Shown here piece by piece: positions 35,901 through 46,755 of a stretch of 64,000 nt of DNA. The position numbers were made by a program, and so were the translations under genes. The DNA lies in NCBI RefSeq assembly GCF_004010195.1, contig NC_057720.1, positions 25,294,111-25,358,110 of the forward strand. Reading direction: 5' to 3'. Source of the DNA: Chiloscyllium plagiosum (Eukaryota). How positions within the stretch are numbered: position 1 is the stretch's first letter; each line of letters begins with the position of its first letter. The notes beneath the pieces were generated by a model that worked only from the letters and a program-made list of their open reading frames with translations, had not been told where the DNA came from and made no database searches.

Positions 35901-38900
35901 TAAACATATTATCTGTGTTTTTGTGTGCGTATCACATAATGTTTTTACTATTTTGATTGGAGGGATGGGAACGGTCTTTGCGGGAGGCGGAGAGGGGTGG
36001 GGAGGGAAATATATCCCTGGTGGTGGGGTCTGTTTGGAGGTGGGGGAAATGTTGGCGGATGATTTGGTTTATGCGAAGGTTGGTAGGGTGGAAGGTGAGC
36101 ACCAGGGGCGTTCTGTCCTTGTTGCGGTTGGAGGGGTTGGGTCTGGGGGCGGAGGTGCGGGATGTGGATGAGATGCGTTGGAGGGCATCTTTAACCATGT
36201 GGGAAGGGAAATTGCGGTCTCTAAAGAAGGAGGCCATCTGGTGTGTTCTATGGTGGAACCGCTCCTCCTGGGAGCAGATACGGCGGAGGAATTGGGAATA
36301 CGGGATGGCATTTTTGCAAGAGGTAGGGTGGGAAGAGGTGTAATCCAGGTAGCTGTGGGAGTCGGTGGGTTTGTAGAAAATGTCAGTGTCAAGTCGGTCG
36401 TCACTGATGGAGATGGAGAGGTCCAGGAAGGGGAGGGAGGTGTCAGAGATGGTCCAGGTAAATTTAAGGTCAGGGTGGAATGTGTTGGTGTCCTCTCGGC
36501 CTGGTGTGGTACCCTCTCGGCCCCAGTGTGGTGTCTTCTTGGCCCGGTGTGGTGTCCTCGCGGCCTGGCATGGTGGTCTGAGCAATTCCTCAGCCTCATG
36601 ATCCTCAAGGTGAAGTCTGGTGCGGTCTGGGGTTAGGGCCCAGTGAAAAGCTTACGCCCTAAAAATGGGCCTTCCTGCTCCTCGGGTCCGGTCTGACCTT
36701 CTGTACTGTTCCAACTTCTGTACTGTCACACATTTTGTCACTGACCCTCCAACATCGGCAGTCATTTCTTTCTCACAGGAGCCAGCTTTTTTTTAAGATC
36801 TTGTAATTGAACCTGTACCTAGTTACCTTCGTACGTAAGACGGTGCTGTAAATGGCAACATATACACCTTTTATCACACTCATTAAATATACGCGACAAC
36901 AAAGCTAATTCATGCATTCATTCAAAGGAATGTCTTCCCATTTACTCAAATCAACATCCCTCATAATTTTGAAGGCTTCTAGTCAACTTCCTATAGCCTT
37001 CTGTGTTCTAAAGTGACCACTTCTGGGTAGAAGGGTTTGAAAGGGTTAATGTCTAGGACAGAGGGACTATCACGTCCTACACTGATCCTGTAAGAGATGA
37101 GTGAGAAGCATCATGGCTACAGTGGTGTTGGTCAGAGTTCTGTAAAGCTGCACTTTGTTTCTTAATATGTAATAAAGTAGTTATTATTAAAACCTAATGG
37201 GGATTCATTAATCTCTCCTAGCCAGACTGTCAAACATGCAGTAAACTCCCCCCCACCCCACCCCACACACACACACACACACACAAACTGGTTTGCATCC
37301 TTTGTAAATAAAGGAGCAGCTGTAAAGGAGTGCTGCTTTGAAAAGCTAATGGCTTTGCATGCCCTCTCTGTCATGACTTCAGGAGATAAGACTGCAGTTT
37401 TCACAAATAATCCACAGTAAATACAACGCAGAGCTGTCTCCACATGATATTAAAAACCCAGGTAAACACAATTCCTCAAGGGGCACTCTCACAGGCCTCT
37501 CAAACCCAGTTACTCTCCTATGGTCGAGTATTAGCACAGCATAGAGTTCTTACAGTATTAAAAGAGGGCGTTTGGCTCATCCTAGACATACTGAAATATC
37601 ACTTTGGTGCTAAAGTGACTTGTAAATAGTATTAAAATCTAGAAAAAATATCTAAATACCAATTTTTAAAAAGCAGATTCTGACAGGAATTACACTTGTA
37701 TGACATTAGTATTTATGTTTAAATAATTATATTTGTATCTCAAGGGTATTTCATATGAACTACCCCTGAGAGACTGGTGATGTTTACACGTGTGAAGTGC
37801 GCATCATTATTTGTTTGCAAGGCTTTGGTGCCATTAGTACAGCCAGCATCTGACACCTACCTCTAGTTGTCTCCAAGGAGGTAGTGGTGAGCTACCTTCT
37901 CGAAACATTGCAGCCTTGTAAAGGAGGAAAGTATAGTTTATATTAGAGTGGTGCTGGAAAAGCACAGCAGGTCAGGCAGCATCCGAGGGGCAGGAAAATC
38001 GATATTGAAGGGAGATTGGCAGGTAGGACAGGTCATGAGCTGGAAGGTTGGAACTGGGGTAAGGTGGGGGAAGGGGAAATGAGGAAACTGATGAAGTCCA
38101 CATTGATGCCCTGGTGTTGAAGTGAGGCAGAAGATGGGGCGTTCTTCCTCCAGGTGTCGGGTGGTGAGGGAGTGACGGTGAAGGAGGCCCAGGACCTGCA
38201 TGTCTTTGGCAGAGTGGGAGGGGGAGTTGAAATATTGGGCCACAGGGCGGTGGGATTGATTGGTGCGGGCGCCCCGGAGATATTCCCTAAAGTGCTCTGC
38301 GAGGAGGCGTCAGTCTCCCAATGTAGAGGAGACCGCATCGGGAGCTACGGATACAATAAATGTGGATGTGCAGGTGAAACTTTGATGGATGTGGAAGGCT
38401 CCTTTGGGGCCTTGGATGGAGGTGAGAGAGGAGGTGTGGGCGCAGGTTTTGCAATTTCTGCAGTGGTAGGGGAAGGTGCCAGGACAGGAGGGTGGGTTGT
38501 TGTGGGTGCGTGGACCTGACCAGGTAGTCACGGAGGGAAAGGTCTTTGCGGAAGGCGGAAAGGGGTGGGCAGGGAAATATATCCCTGGTGGTGGGGTCTG
38601 TTTGGAGGTGGCGGAAATGTCGGCGGATGATATGGTTAATGCGATGGTTGGTAGGGTGGAAAGTGAGGACCGGGCGGGGGTTCTGTCCTTGTTATGGTTG
38701 GATGGGTGGGTTTTGAGGGCGGAGGTGCGGGATGTGAATGAGATGCGTTGAAGGGCATCTTCAACCATATGGGAAAGGACATTGCCATGTCTCTAAAGAA
38801 GAAGGCCATCTGGTGTGTTCTGTGGTGGAACTGGTCCTCCTGGGAGCAGATATGGTGGAGGCAGAGGAATTGGGAATATGGGATGGCATTTTTGCAGGAG

Positions 38901-41900
38901 GTGGGGTGGGAAGAGGTGTAATCCAGGTAGCTGAGGAAAGTATGCCTGCAGTGTGGTTAGTGAGGAAGTTCAAGGATTTTGATTCAAGGCAGTGAGTTAC
39001 AGTGACAGATCTCTAAGTCAAGAGAACAGGTGACTTGGACAGAGGCGTTCGGGTGGTGGAGGCATATTGAGGTCACAGATTTGTAAGATGCTATTGATGA
39101 AACCTTGGAGAGTGTATCTTGCAAATGGTATATACTGCTTTCCTTGCCATTGGTGGAGGAAGTGATGGACAGGGTGCAGATAATTGGGTTGCTTTGTCTC
39201 GGAGAGTGCTAAGTTTCTTGAGTCTGATTGGGGCTGCCTTTATACAAAAACGTGGAGACTATTCATCAGACTCCTGAAGTGTAACTTGGAGAGTCAGGAG
39301 GGAAGTTACTCACGACATGATCATCAGCTTCTGGACTATTCTGTAGTACTTACGTGGTGGGTTTAATTCAGTTGCTGGTCAATGGTCATCCACAGGATGT
39401 TGGTTGTGGAACATCCAGAAGAGGCAATGCCATTTGGGGAATCAGCCATAGTAAAATGGTTGAACACCATGGGACAATGATCAGGTTCTCACTTAGAATC
39501 ATACTCCCTCCCTAACCGCACTGCAGGCATACTTTCCTCCATTTCAAGGCTGCAGTGTTTAATTTCCCATGGCTAATTCACCTAGCCTATCTGTTGGAGA
39601 CAGTCCCTGCCGGACACTTGTATGACATGGAAGTTAATGCATGGATCAGTATGAGAAATATATTAAAAACTTAACATATGTGCTTCACTTCCCAGATAGT
39701 AAAACCATGCTGGTCAGTACAGAGATGAGTTTGCAGAAATTTAGATCGCAGATGAACAAATATTATGGAGGTTGTATCTGTCATACTCTAGAACCTTCAT
39801 TCCAGAAGAACATTTCAAATTTATGTTTACTTTGTACGACACTTAGATTTTACATCTTCATATATCTTTAAAAAAACGTACTGCAATTTGGGAAGTGGAG
39901 AACAAGTTTTTTGTTTTGAAGAGATGACAGGCTGGGGACCAGGAAGACACAAAGAAAACTCAATCGACAGTGCTGTCACTGGCAAGATGGTATAACTATA
40001 GAATGACAAATTTACATGGTCATTGGAATTGTCAACAAAAGTGCACACAGACTCTTAATATGTTAGTAAATGCCCAATATATTTCCCAATTCATGTACTG
40101 CTCCCTAATAAATAATATGAAAAATAGCAAGAGGTGATCATAGTGTGTGACACGTATTTCTTTATCCAAACTCTTCATCAGCTGAGTAAATTTAAACTCA
40201 ATTGCTTTTTAAATTTTATGAATAACCTGACTACCCGAGTAATTTACAGACCTGAATGGAGCTGCCTAAAGATCAATATTCACACTTACCTTGATGCGGA
40301 GTATTCAGGAAGTAACGAGGATCTGTGATTCGAGAGTTAATAGGTTCAATCAAACCTTGCATCTCTTCCTGAATAAAAGTAATAAGTTTAACGTTACACT
40401 CAGGTGGTTAAGTTTGGCAAATAATAAAAAAAAGACAAATCTTTGGAAGGTTGAAAAATTATAGTATCAGCCAGTCTTCCAGTCCATCAATGGATGGACT
40501 GGAAGACTGTAACCCACAGTAAAGGGGCTATGGACAGGCAAAAAGTCTATGCACTCCAGGTACAATTGAGTAGGGAGGGACAAAAGAGGGGGAAACAATA
40601 ATATCTGGTTCAAAGAACAAAAAATTCTATGTAAGTCATACCATGTCTCAACTCATTAATGACTCAAATCAACGGTGCTATGATCTTTCCTGCAAACCCA
40701 ATCTCACAAACCACATAGCTGCTGCCTGATCTCGAGTGTTTCAGCATTTACTGCTTTTATTTCAATTGTACTCAGAACATTACCATTGTCTAATCTCACC
40801 AGCAACAATAACAATCCCAAGTCAATTGCTTTTACCCATAACTACAGGGGCCGGCTCTTAAATGTGAACTTTATTCCAGAAACTGCAGAGGCTGAGATGT
40901 ACTCTCGGTTTAAGGCTCTTTCTGAAACAGATTTATAGTGAAGAGGATGGAGGAGGTAGATCCATTAACAGTCATTGTGCACAACAGATATCACCACATT
41001 CCTCCTGAATCATTAGTCTTTGACGTTTTACTGTTCTATTAGAAAGTTACCTTTGAAAGGATGTCTGCAGCATACTTCAGATTTTCTATAAATGTGGTCT
41101 CCATTGCCTTGGCAACAGATGTTCTGTCTAGGTCCACTGGAACACGTCCTGCCATCAAATGGATCCTTCAACAGAAAGAATAGCAATACTGCGTAAAACA
41201 TACTCATTACTTTAGAATGTATCTTATAGACTATTCTAACATTTTGCATTCATTCTCTGGCAAGGTTGGTATTTACTGTCCAACTCTAGTAACCTTGGTT
41301 TCCTATAACTGAGTGGCTTCGTGGTCCATCATAAAGATCAGATAAGATTATCAGATTTGCTTCTCTAAGGAACCACATGGGTTAATACCATGATCACTTT
41401 TTTTCTTGTCATTCATAGGATGTAGGGTGTCACTTGGTTGGGAGTCATAGGCAGTTAAGAGTCAACACATTGCTGTGATTTGGAGTTACATGTAGTCCAG
41501 ATCAGGTAAGGAGAGCAGATTTCCTTCCCTAAAGGACATTAATGAACCAGGTGGATATTTATAACAATCGACAGTGGTTACATAGTCACCATTAGGCTTG
41601 CTGTTTATTCCAGATTTTTATTGAATTCAAATGATGTGATTTCAACTCATGCTGCCAAAACATTAGCATGGGTTCTAGATTATTATTCCAGTGACTACTT
41701 AGTCAATATATCATTATAACATTATCATCGCCGCCCCATTCATTATCACTACGGGCTTGGTGAGCCAAGTGGCTGCCTTTTCCCAATTTATTTATGGATG
41801 TAGATTCAGTTTCCTACAGTGTGGAAACAGGCTCTTCGGCCCAAGATGTCCACACCGACCCTCCGAAGAGTAACCCACCCAGACCCATTCCCCTAGATTA

Positions 41901-44900
41901 GATTAGATTAGATTAGATTAGATTATTTACAGTGTGGAAACAGGCCCTTCGGCCCAACAAGTCCACACCGACCCGCCGAAGCGCAACCCACCCATACCCC
42001 TACATTTACCCCTTTAACCTAACACTACGGGCAATTTAGCATGGCCAATTCACCTACTCCCCACTAATGCACCTATCACTATGGACAATTTAGCATGGCC
42101 AATTCACCTGACCTGCACATCTTTGGACTGTGGGAGGAAACCGGAGCACCCGGAGGAAACCCACGCAGACACAGGGAGAATGTGGAAACTCCATGCAGAC
42201 AGTCGCCCTAGTCTGGGATTGAACCCAGGCCCCTGGCACTGCGAGGCAGTAGTGTTAACCACTGAGCTACCGTGTCACCCGGTGCTGCAAGTTTTAAGTC
42301 CCAAGTTGAACTTCAGATATATAGGCAGATTTCATTACTTTTGTCCTCAGTTATTGTCTGGCTAAAGTATTTCTAATTTTCTTCTGATATTTAGCTTTAG
42401 TTTCATTGCTTCAAGAATTTATTAGTGAAATATACATTTGATCATTAATCTGTGGTTATTGAGCTGAAGGTTCAAGTAGCATGTTTCGTCAATGTTTCTC
42501 ACATGCCCCACTAACTCAGCTGCAGTCCAAATCATCAATGTACAAGAAATTCTAAAGGTAGAATGTATTTGTAGTCCATCCAAATTTCATGGAGATGGGG
42601 GGTGGGGGTGAGGGGTGCCACAGTGGCTCAGTGGTTAGAACTGCTGCCTCATAGCACCAGGGACCCAGGTTCAATCTCAGCCTTTGGGTGATTGTCTGTG
42701 TGGAGTTTGCACATTCTCCCTGTGTCTTTGTGGGTTTCCATTGGGTACACTGGTTTCCTCCCATAGTCCAAAAGATGTGTAGGTTAGAAGGATTGGCCAT
42801 GTTAACTTGTCAAAAGTGTCCAGGGATGTGCAGGCTAGGTGGATTAGCCATGGCGAATCCAGGGATGCGGTGAAAGGGAGACTGAGTCTGGGTGGGATGC
42901 TCTTCAGAGAGTTGGTGTGGACTCAATGGGCCAAATGGCCTCTTTCAACATTGTAGAGATTCTATGGATTCTCTTGACTATTACTCTGTGCTTATTTCCA
43001 GATTCTAAATTGAATCTAAATTTTCAAACTGAACTTTGGTGTCTGAACTCGGGTTTAGTAGTCCAGTTCAGTAGCCAACTAGGAATACAAGAATGAGAAC
43101 AATAGGCACAGTAAATGAGCAAGTTTCACTTAGTTTACCTTCTAGCATTTTGGTAGTTGTATGATACAGTATTAATGGAGTTGTTCACTAATCATGGCAA
43201 TTCATCTTTTATCAATTAACCTACGATGGAACTAGCAAATGGGAAGGAAAACCTGTAGTAATGGAGAGTTTTGGCGCCATAAAGCTGAAATTATCCATTC
43301 CAGGCAAGCACACTATACTTATACCATTATCATGTCTCAGTGAATTTTTTTATTCACTGAACAGAATCTATCTAATTTGCACTTGAATGAATAAATACTT
43401 CTATCTTCCATTATCTGTTTTGGGAGTCCATTTCACAGATTTTCTAGATGTTCACAAAAACATTATCACCATAGATGAGTTTTGAATTTAAATCCCATTC
43501 AATCTTGAGCCATGAGTTCTGCACTCTATGTTTGCCATGGTTGACATTATCTCGCCCCTTTTGAAACCTATAAGCAGCGATCATATCATATCCACCAGTC
43601 CAGTAACCCGTCCAACTGGGTATCTAGACAAATGCAGTTTTGTAATTATATAATTCAGTTCTGCGGCTCTGTCAGGACCATAGAGAGTCCACTGGATTAT
43701 TAATTACATGGAATATGTTACTGAGTCTGCACCCTTGGGCTCTCCTCCACTCTCCAGTCTTACTGGTATTCACCTGACGAAGGAGCAGCACTCCAAAGGC
43801 TTATGATTTCAAATAAACCTGTCAAACTATAACTGGTGTCATGTGACTTCTGACATTCTACAGTCTTACAGCAGGTCTCTCCCTTTCTTGCCTCTTGCTT
43901 TATCTTCTATTGCCATTGCCCTACAGTACACTTCTCCCCCTCTCCCTGACCTTGCTTTAATTTCTCTTGCTCTCTTCTCTGAACATTTCTACATTCTCCC
44001 TGCTCTCACTTTACCCAAAATCCAGCTGAGTTAATCGGTTTTAGATGTATCAGTTGCCAAAGTATCAGTTCTACATGGGATGCTGATGCTGCAACAGCCT
44101 GAACCTCAGCATTTGCGCTATCACACCCTGCAGCACTGCACTGTGTACCTGTCTGTCAAAACACACATCTCACTGACACTCAGTTGAATACAACAATGAG
44201 TATTATAATTGGAAGCTTCCAATCAATAACCTCTAGCTTCTTGTCTTCTTAAGCAGCACTCCGCTACACACATGTTGACTGACAAAAACCCACAAGCTGA
44301 TTGGAACCGTTCATGCTACTTCTCACATTCCAGTTTTGGATGACATGTTCAAACCACCTACTGTCTGTCTTCCATCTCATCACCCCATATGAATCAACTT
44401 TCCTGAATAAGATTCACCAGCAGACACATATTGAATCAAAGATTGGAAACAGGGGAAGTCACTAACAAAGCCTTGTCCAAAACCTTATTTGTCAAAAGGC
44501 AGGCTTTGATTTACCACAGTGACAGTGGTCATTCTTCAACAGACCTAGAAAAAGTTGGGGGTCCCTGCACATCTAACTTCTACTTCTGAGACCTGACTAG
44601 AAATCTCTAAGTGGGGAGATGCAATCAATGCTGCACATTACCGAGAAGTGTTCCCTCTATAGACTACATAACAGACTGATCATCTCAAGATTTAACCAAT
44701 CAGCAGGCTATTGCTTGGCTTAAGGGGTTTGCTTTCACTATGTAACTACAATATAAATGGCAAAAGTCCTAAACTAGCACCTGAATGATACTCACTGTTT
44801 GCACCCTACAGTTTTAGCATACTTCACTGCCAATTCCAGTCCTGTTCGGAATTCCACTTGCTGCATAGGAAGTGCTCCAAGCCCCAGTTCTCCTTTTGCT

Positions 44901-45712
44901 TTGTTTCCTGGAAAGGAGAAAGCCAACACAGAAAAAATCCAGCAAGATATCTAATGAGCTGTGGGGTGGAAGGATGTGGGCTGGGAATCTGAGAGATAAA
45001 TGGGAAGGTGGGTAGGGGGGGAGGCTGGGGGAAGGTAGCTGCGAATGCGATGGGTGGATGAAGGTGAGGGAGAAGGTGATAGGTCGGAGAGAAGGGTGGA
45101 GCGGATAAGTGGGAAGGAAGATGATCAGGTCAAGAGGGCAGTGCCAAGTTGGAAGGTTGGATTTGGGATAAGGTGGGCATGGGAAATGAGGAAACTGGTG
45201 AAATCCACATTGATCCCATGTGGTTGGAGGGTCCCAAGGTGGAAGATGAGGTGTTCTTCCTCCAGGTGGCAGGTGGTAAGGATTTGGCGATGGAGGAGGC
45301 CCAGGACCTAGATTGGGAAACCTGGTCGGCATGAATGAGTTGGACCGAAGGGTCTGTTTCCATGCTGTATGACTCTATGACTCTAGGGGATTCACTACTG
45401 AAGTATTTATGATTGAATCTAAACTTTACATAGTGGTTGATTATTTAACCCTCACATTTTAATCCTTTAGACATGCATTTTGGATTTGGAATTAATGGAT
45501 ATATATTTACCAGGTGGGGTATTAATCAGTACAATCTCCATTCCATTCCTCTCCAAAACTTTCTTTAGCTCTGTTGCTTCAGTATCATACGGCCATGCCA
45601 CCTCCACTGCTTTGAATCCTGCCCGGGCAGCTGCTTCCACCCGTTCGGACAAGTTATCCAACTCCAGGAAAAGCCAGGAGAGATTGGCAGCGAAATGCAG
45701 GGGATACGACAT
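17823..45712 (-). CDS. hyi: Hydroxypyruvate isomerase gene, spliced CDS join(45712-45511,44907-44796,41165-41051,40368-40290,31580-31531,28155-28086,25248-25114,17908-17823); 849 nt, 282 aa
   Basis: Eight exons of 202/112/115/79/50/70/135/86 nt join in frame with compatible phases. The translation [15 protein letters not shown]...[11 protein letters not shown]...INTPPG...IHLMAGRVP...[12 protein letters not shown]...[12 protein letters not shown]...GHVQIAQAP...GEINY...YIGCEYSP...GLGWLKSYW matches vertebrate HYI as I recall it, including the EPIN, DxFH, HVQ and GCEY motifs. Confidence 0.96.
18071..18388 (+). mobile_element. Full-length young HE1-like tRNA-derived V-SINE
   Basis: A box TGGCACAGTGG, B box GGTTCAATTCC, V-domain gtggagtttgcacattctccccgtgtctgcgtggg, LINE-like 3' end gggccgaagggcctg, (TAATC)n tail. 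Confidence 0.9.
19535..22575 (+). mobile_element. CR1-type LINE with near-complete decayed ORF2 (APE plus RT) and tail, inserted in an older LINE (~18600-23060)
   Basis: [46 protein letters not shown]; ctatg tail. Confidence 0.92.
23330..24960 (+). mobile_element. Nested CR1 3' fragments (younger ~23570-24418 within an older copy)
   Basis: [14 protein letters not shown]...ERRRLRGEL; second RT-tail remnant ~24500-24900. Confidence 0.75.
23755..23849 (-). mobile_element. 95-bp family-A Penelope-type tail insertion with a 7-bp TSD
   Basis: Matches 52503-52597; TSD catgagg at 23748 and 23849. Confidence 0.8.
25114..25248 (-). CDS. hyi: hyi coding exon 7 ([13 protein letters not shown]...GCEYSPK)
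   Basis: Acceptor ccacaatcag, donor AAG|gtacgt; 135 nt; within ORF 24914-25270. Confidence 0.95.
26083..26430 (+). mobile_element. CR1 3' end
   Basis: tgatagaggtgtacaagat...gggctgaagggcctg. Confidence 0.8.
26569..26782. mobile_element. Family-B fold-back mini-element with a hammerhead motif at 26697-26731 (+, G12>A)
   Basis: Inverted arms; TSD cttccttat(g/c)taa at 26556 and 26783. Confidence 0.82.
28086..28155 (-). CDS. hyi: hyi coding exon 6 ([23 protein letters not shown])
   Basis: Acceptor tttcactgcag; donor TAG|gcaagt (GC donor); 70 nt keeps frame with exon 7. Confidence 0.92.
28698..29580. mobile_element. Penelope-like 3' end, family B (minus, ~28698-29445), joined to a family-A terminal piece (plus, ~29452-29580)
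   Basis: Homologous to 15078-16115; decayed hammerheads at ~28787-28821 (-) and ~29456-29490 (+). Confidence 0.85.
30058..30250 (+). mobile_element. SINE 3' part (HE1-like)
   Basis: ggattggccatgataaattgccc...gaatggcctg. Confidence 0.7.
31531..31580 (-). CDS. hyi: hyi coding exon 5 ([17 protein letters not shown])
   Basis: Acceptor tttgtttcag, donor CTG|gtgagt; 50 nt. Confidence 0.93.
32468..35348. repeat. Minisatellite, 22-23 bp unit CCCGGTGTGGTA(C/T)CCTCTCGG(C), roughly 125-130 copies
   Basis: Directly visible tandem array in hyi intron 4. Confidence 0.97.
35349..35553 (-). mobile_element. Family-A Penelope-type tail plus hammerhead with a perfect 50-bp inverted repeat
   Basis: Arms 35407-35456 and 35504-35553. 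Confidence 0.85.
35446..35480 (-). ncRNA. Minimal hammerhead ribozyme motif, family A, intact core
   Basis: auuc-CUGAUGA-a-GGGC(uuuu)GCCC-GAAA-CG-UC-gau. Confidence 0.82.
35966..36484 (-). mobile_element. Penelope-like RT C-terminal fragment
   Basis: FHPDLKFTW...LPFLDLSI...[19 protein letters not shown]...[12 protein letters not shown]. Confidence 0.9.
36485..36575. repeat. Four further units of the intron-4 minisatellite
   Basis: ggtgtcctctcggcctggtgtggtaccctctcggcccc... Confidence 0.9.
37943..38933 (-). mobile_element. Penelope-like element (family A), decayed RT C-terminus plus GIY-YIG plus partial tail
   Basis: [27 protein letters not shown]...EEER; tail matches the family-A terminus. 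Confidence 0.88.
40290..40368 (-). CDS. hyi: hyi coding exon 4 ([26 protein letters not shown])
   Basis: Acceptor ttttattcag, donor AAG|gtaagt; 79 nt. Confidence 0.95.
41051..41165 (-). CDS. hyi: hyi coding exon 3 (IHLMAGRVP...AADILSK)
   Basis: Acceptor ctttctgttgaag, donor AAG|gtaact; 115 nt. Confidence 0.95.
41808..42282 (-). mobile_element. HE1-like SINE with a second SINE 3' end and (TAGAT)n tail nested at ~41895-42055
   Basis: Two SINE tails in tandem; tRNA head at ~42215-42280. Confidence 0.85.
42612..42972 (+). mobile_element. HE1-like SINE
   Basis: tggctcagtgg / ggttcaatctc boxes and V-domain. Confidence 0.85.
44796..44907 (-). CDS. hyi: hyi coding exon 2 ([13 protein letters not shown]...AKTVGCK)
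   Basis: Acceptor ttctcctttccag, donor CA|gtgagt; 112 nt; homologous to HYI GEMGLGAVPG segment. Confidence 0.95.
44955..45385. mobile_element. Penelope-like GIY-YIG 3' fragment (minus) plus a CR1 tail, in hyi intron 1
   Basis: Homologous to 52660-52965; CR1 tail ggaccgaagggtctg...ctatgactct. Confidence 0.8.
45511..45712 (-). CDS. hyi: hyi coding exon 1 (MSYPLHF...INTPP-G)
   Basis: ATG at 45712; donor CTG|gtaaat; seen within ORF 45467-45769. Confidence 0.95.
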
Positions 45713-45717
45713 TGGGA

Positions 45718-45752
45718 CTGCAAGCGAAATGGAAGGAAAAGTATCAGTGAAA
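45718..45752 (-). promoter_or_regulatory. 3' splice site upstream of the hyi ATG
   Basis: tttcaCTGATacttttccttccatttcgcttgcAG|TCCCAATG: branch-like motif, polypyrimidine tract and CAG. Confidence 0.7.
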
Positions 45753-46755
45753 AGCTTTGAAAGGTCCAAAGGTGAAATCTCATTCTCTAAAGGTCAGAGC
45801 ACAGATTGATTGAAATGCCAAAATTGCTCTGTGCATTATCATTAGCACACAGTTATTACACATATTGAAGGGCATGACTGAATTACTACAATTCACTACT
45901 GCCACACACAATTTGTATTCATCTTTAGTGACTCACTCCTTATTGCTTTAAACACAAAAAAGCAGGTATGATGAAGCTACATTAGACTGCTATTTTTCAA
46001 TGGCCTATTAAGCAAATTTAACAGACAGTAAAACCTTCTCTTTTTGGATGATATTCATTAAACAACAAATATTCTACAACATTTCTCCTAAATATAGATT
46101 CATTTGAGAAGTTAATTATGGAACTTTATTATCCTTCAATGTAATGTCACAGTGGGTGATCCATGCAATGTGTGATCATTTTAACCACCAGCTGTGATTA
46201 CATCATTTTGTCACATATTTCAAAGAGTACTAATAATTTAACATTTACCAGGAGAGAAACCTTCTGCATTTTTTATTTGTTCATTACAAAACTTTTGCTC
46301 AGTCCTCCGGTTCAGATTCTTTAGCATGGAAGGTTAATGAATAATCAGAATTGCCAGCAGATATTCCTTCAGCACTAAAATGTCCATTTAAAGTTATGTA
46401 GATTTATTGTTAAACTGTTCTTTATTCATTCATGGGACATAGGCATTGCTGGTAGGCCAGTATTTGTTGCCCGAGAGAAGGTGCTGGTAAACTGCCTTCT
46501 TGAGTCACAGAAGGCCTTGGAGTGCTGAGACACCTGGTCCTGTAAGGAAGAGAACACTATGATTTTGACTTGGTGAGAGTGAAGGAACAATGATATAGTA
46601 CCAAGTCAGGATGGTGTGTGGTTACCTTCAGGTAGTGGTGTTCCCATGCATCTACTGCTTTGTCTATCTGGATGCTAGAGACTGGGGTTTGGAAAATGCT
46701 GTCGAAGGAGCTTTCTTGAGATACCGAAGTGCATTTTGTAGTCAGTGCACAGTGT

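Noticed and set aside
45713..45769. N-terminal extension MDLSKLFTDTFPSISLAVP of ORF 45467-45769
   Set aside because: It starts at a non-ATG codon and is the polypyrimidine tract and acceptor; HYI homology begins at MSYPL.
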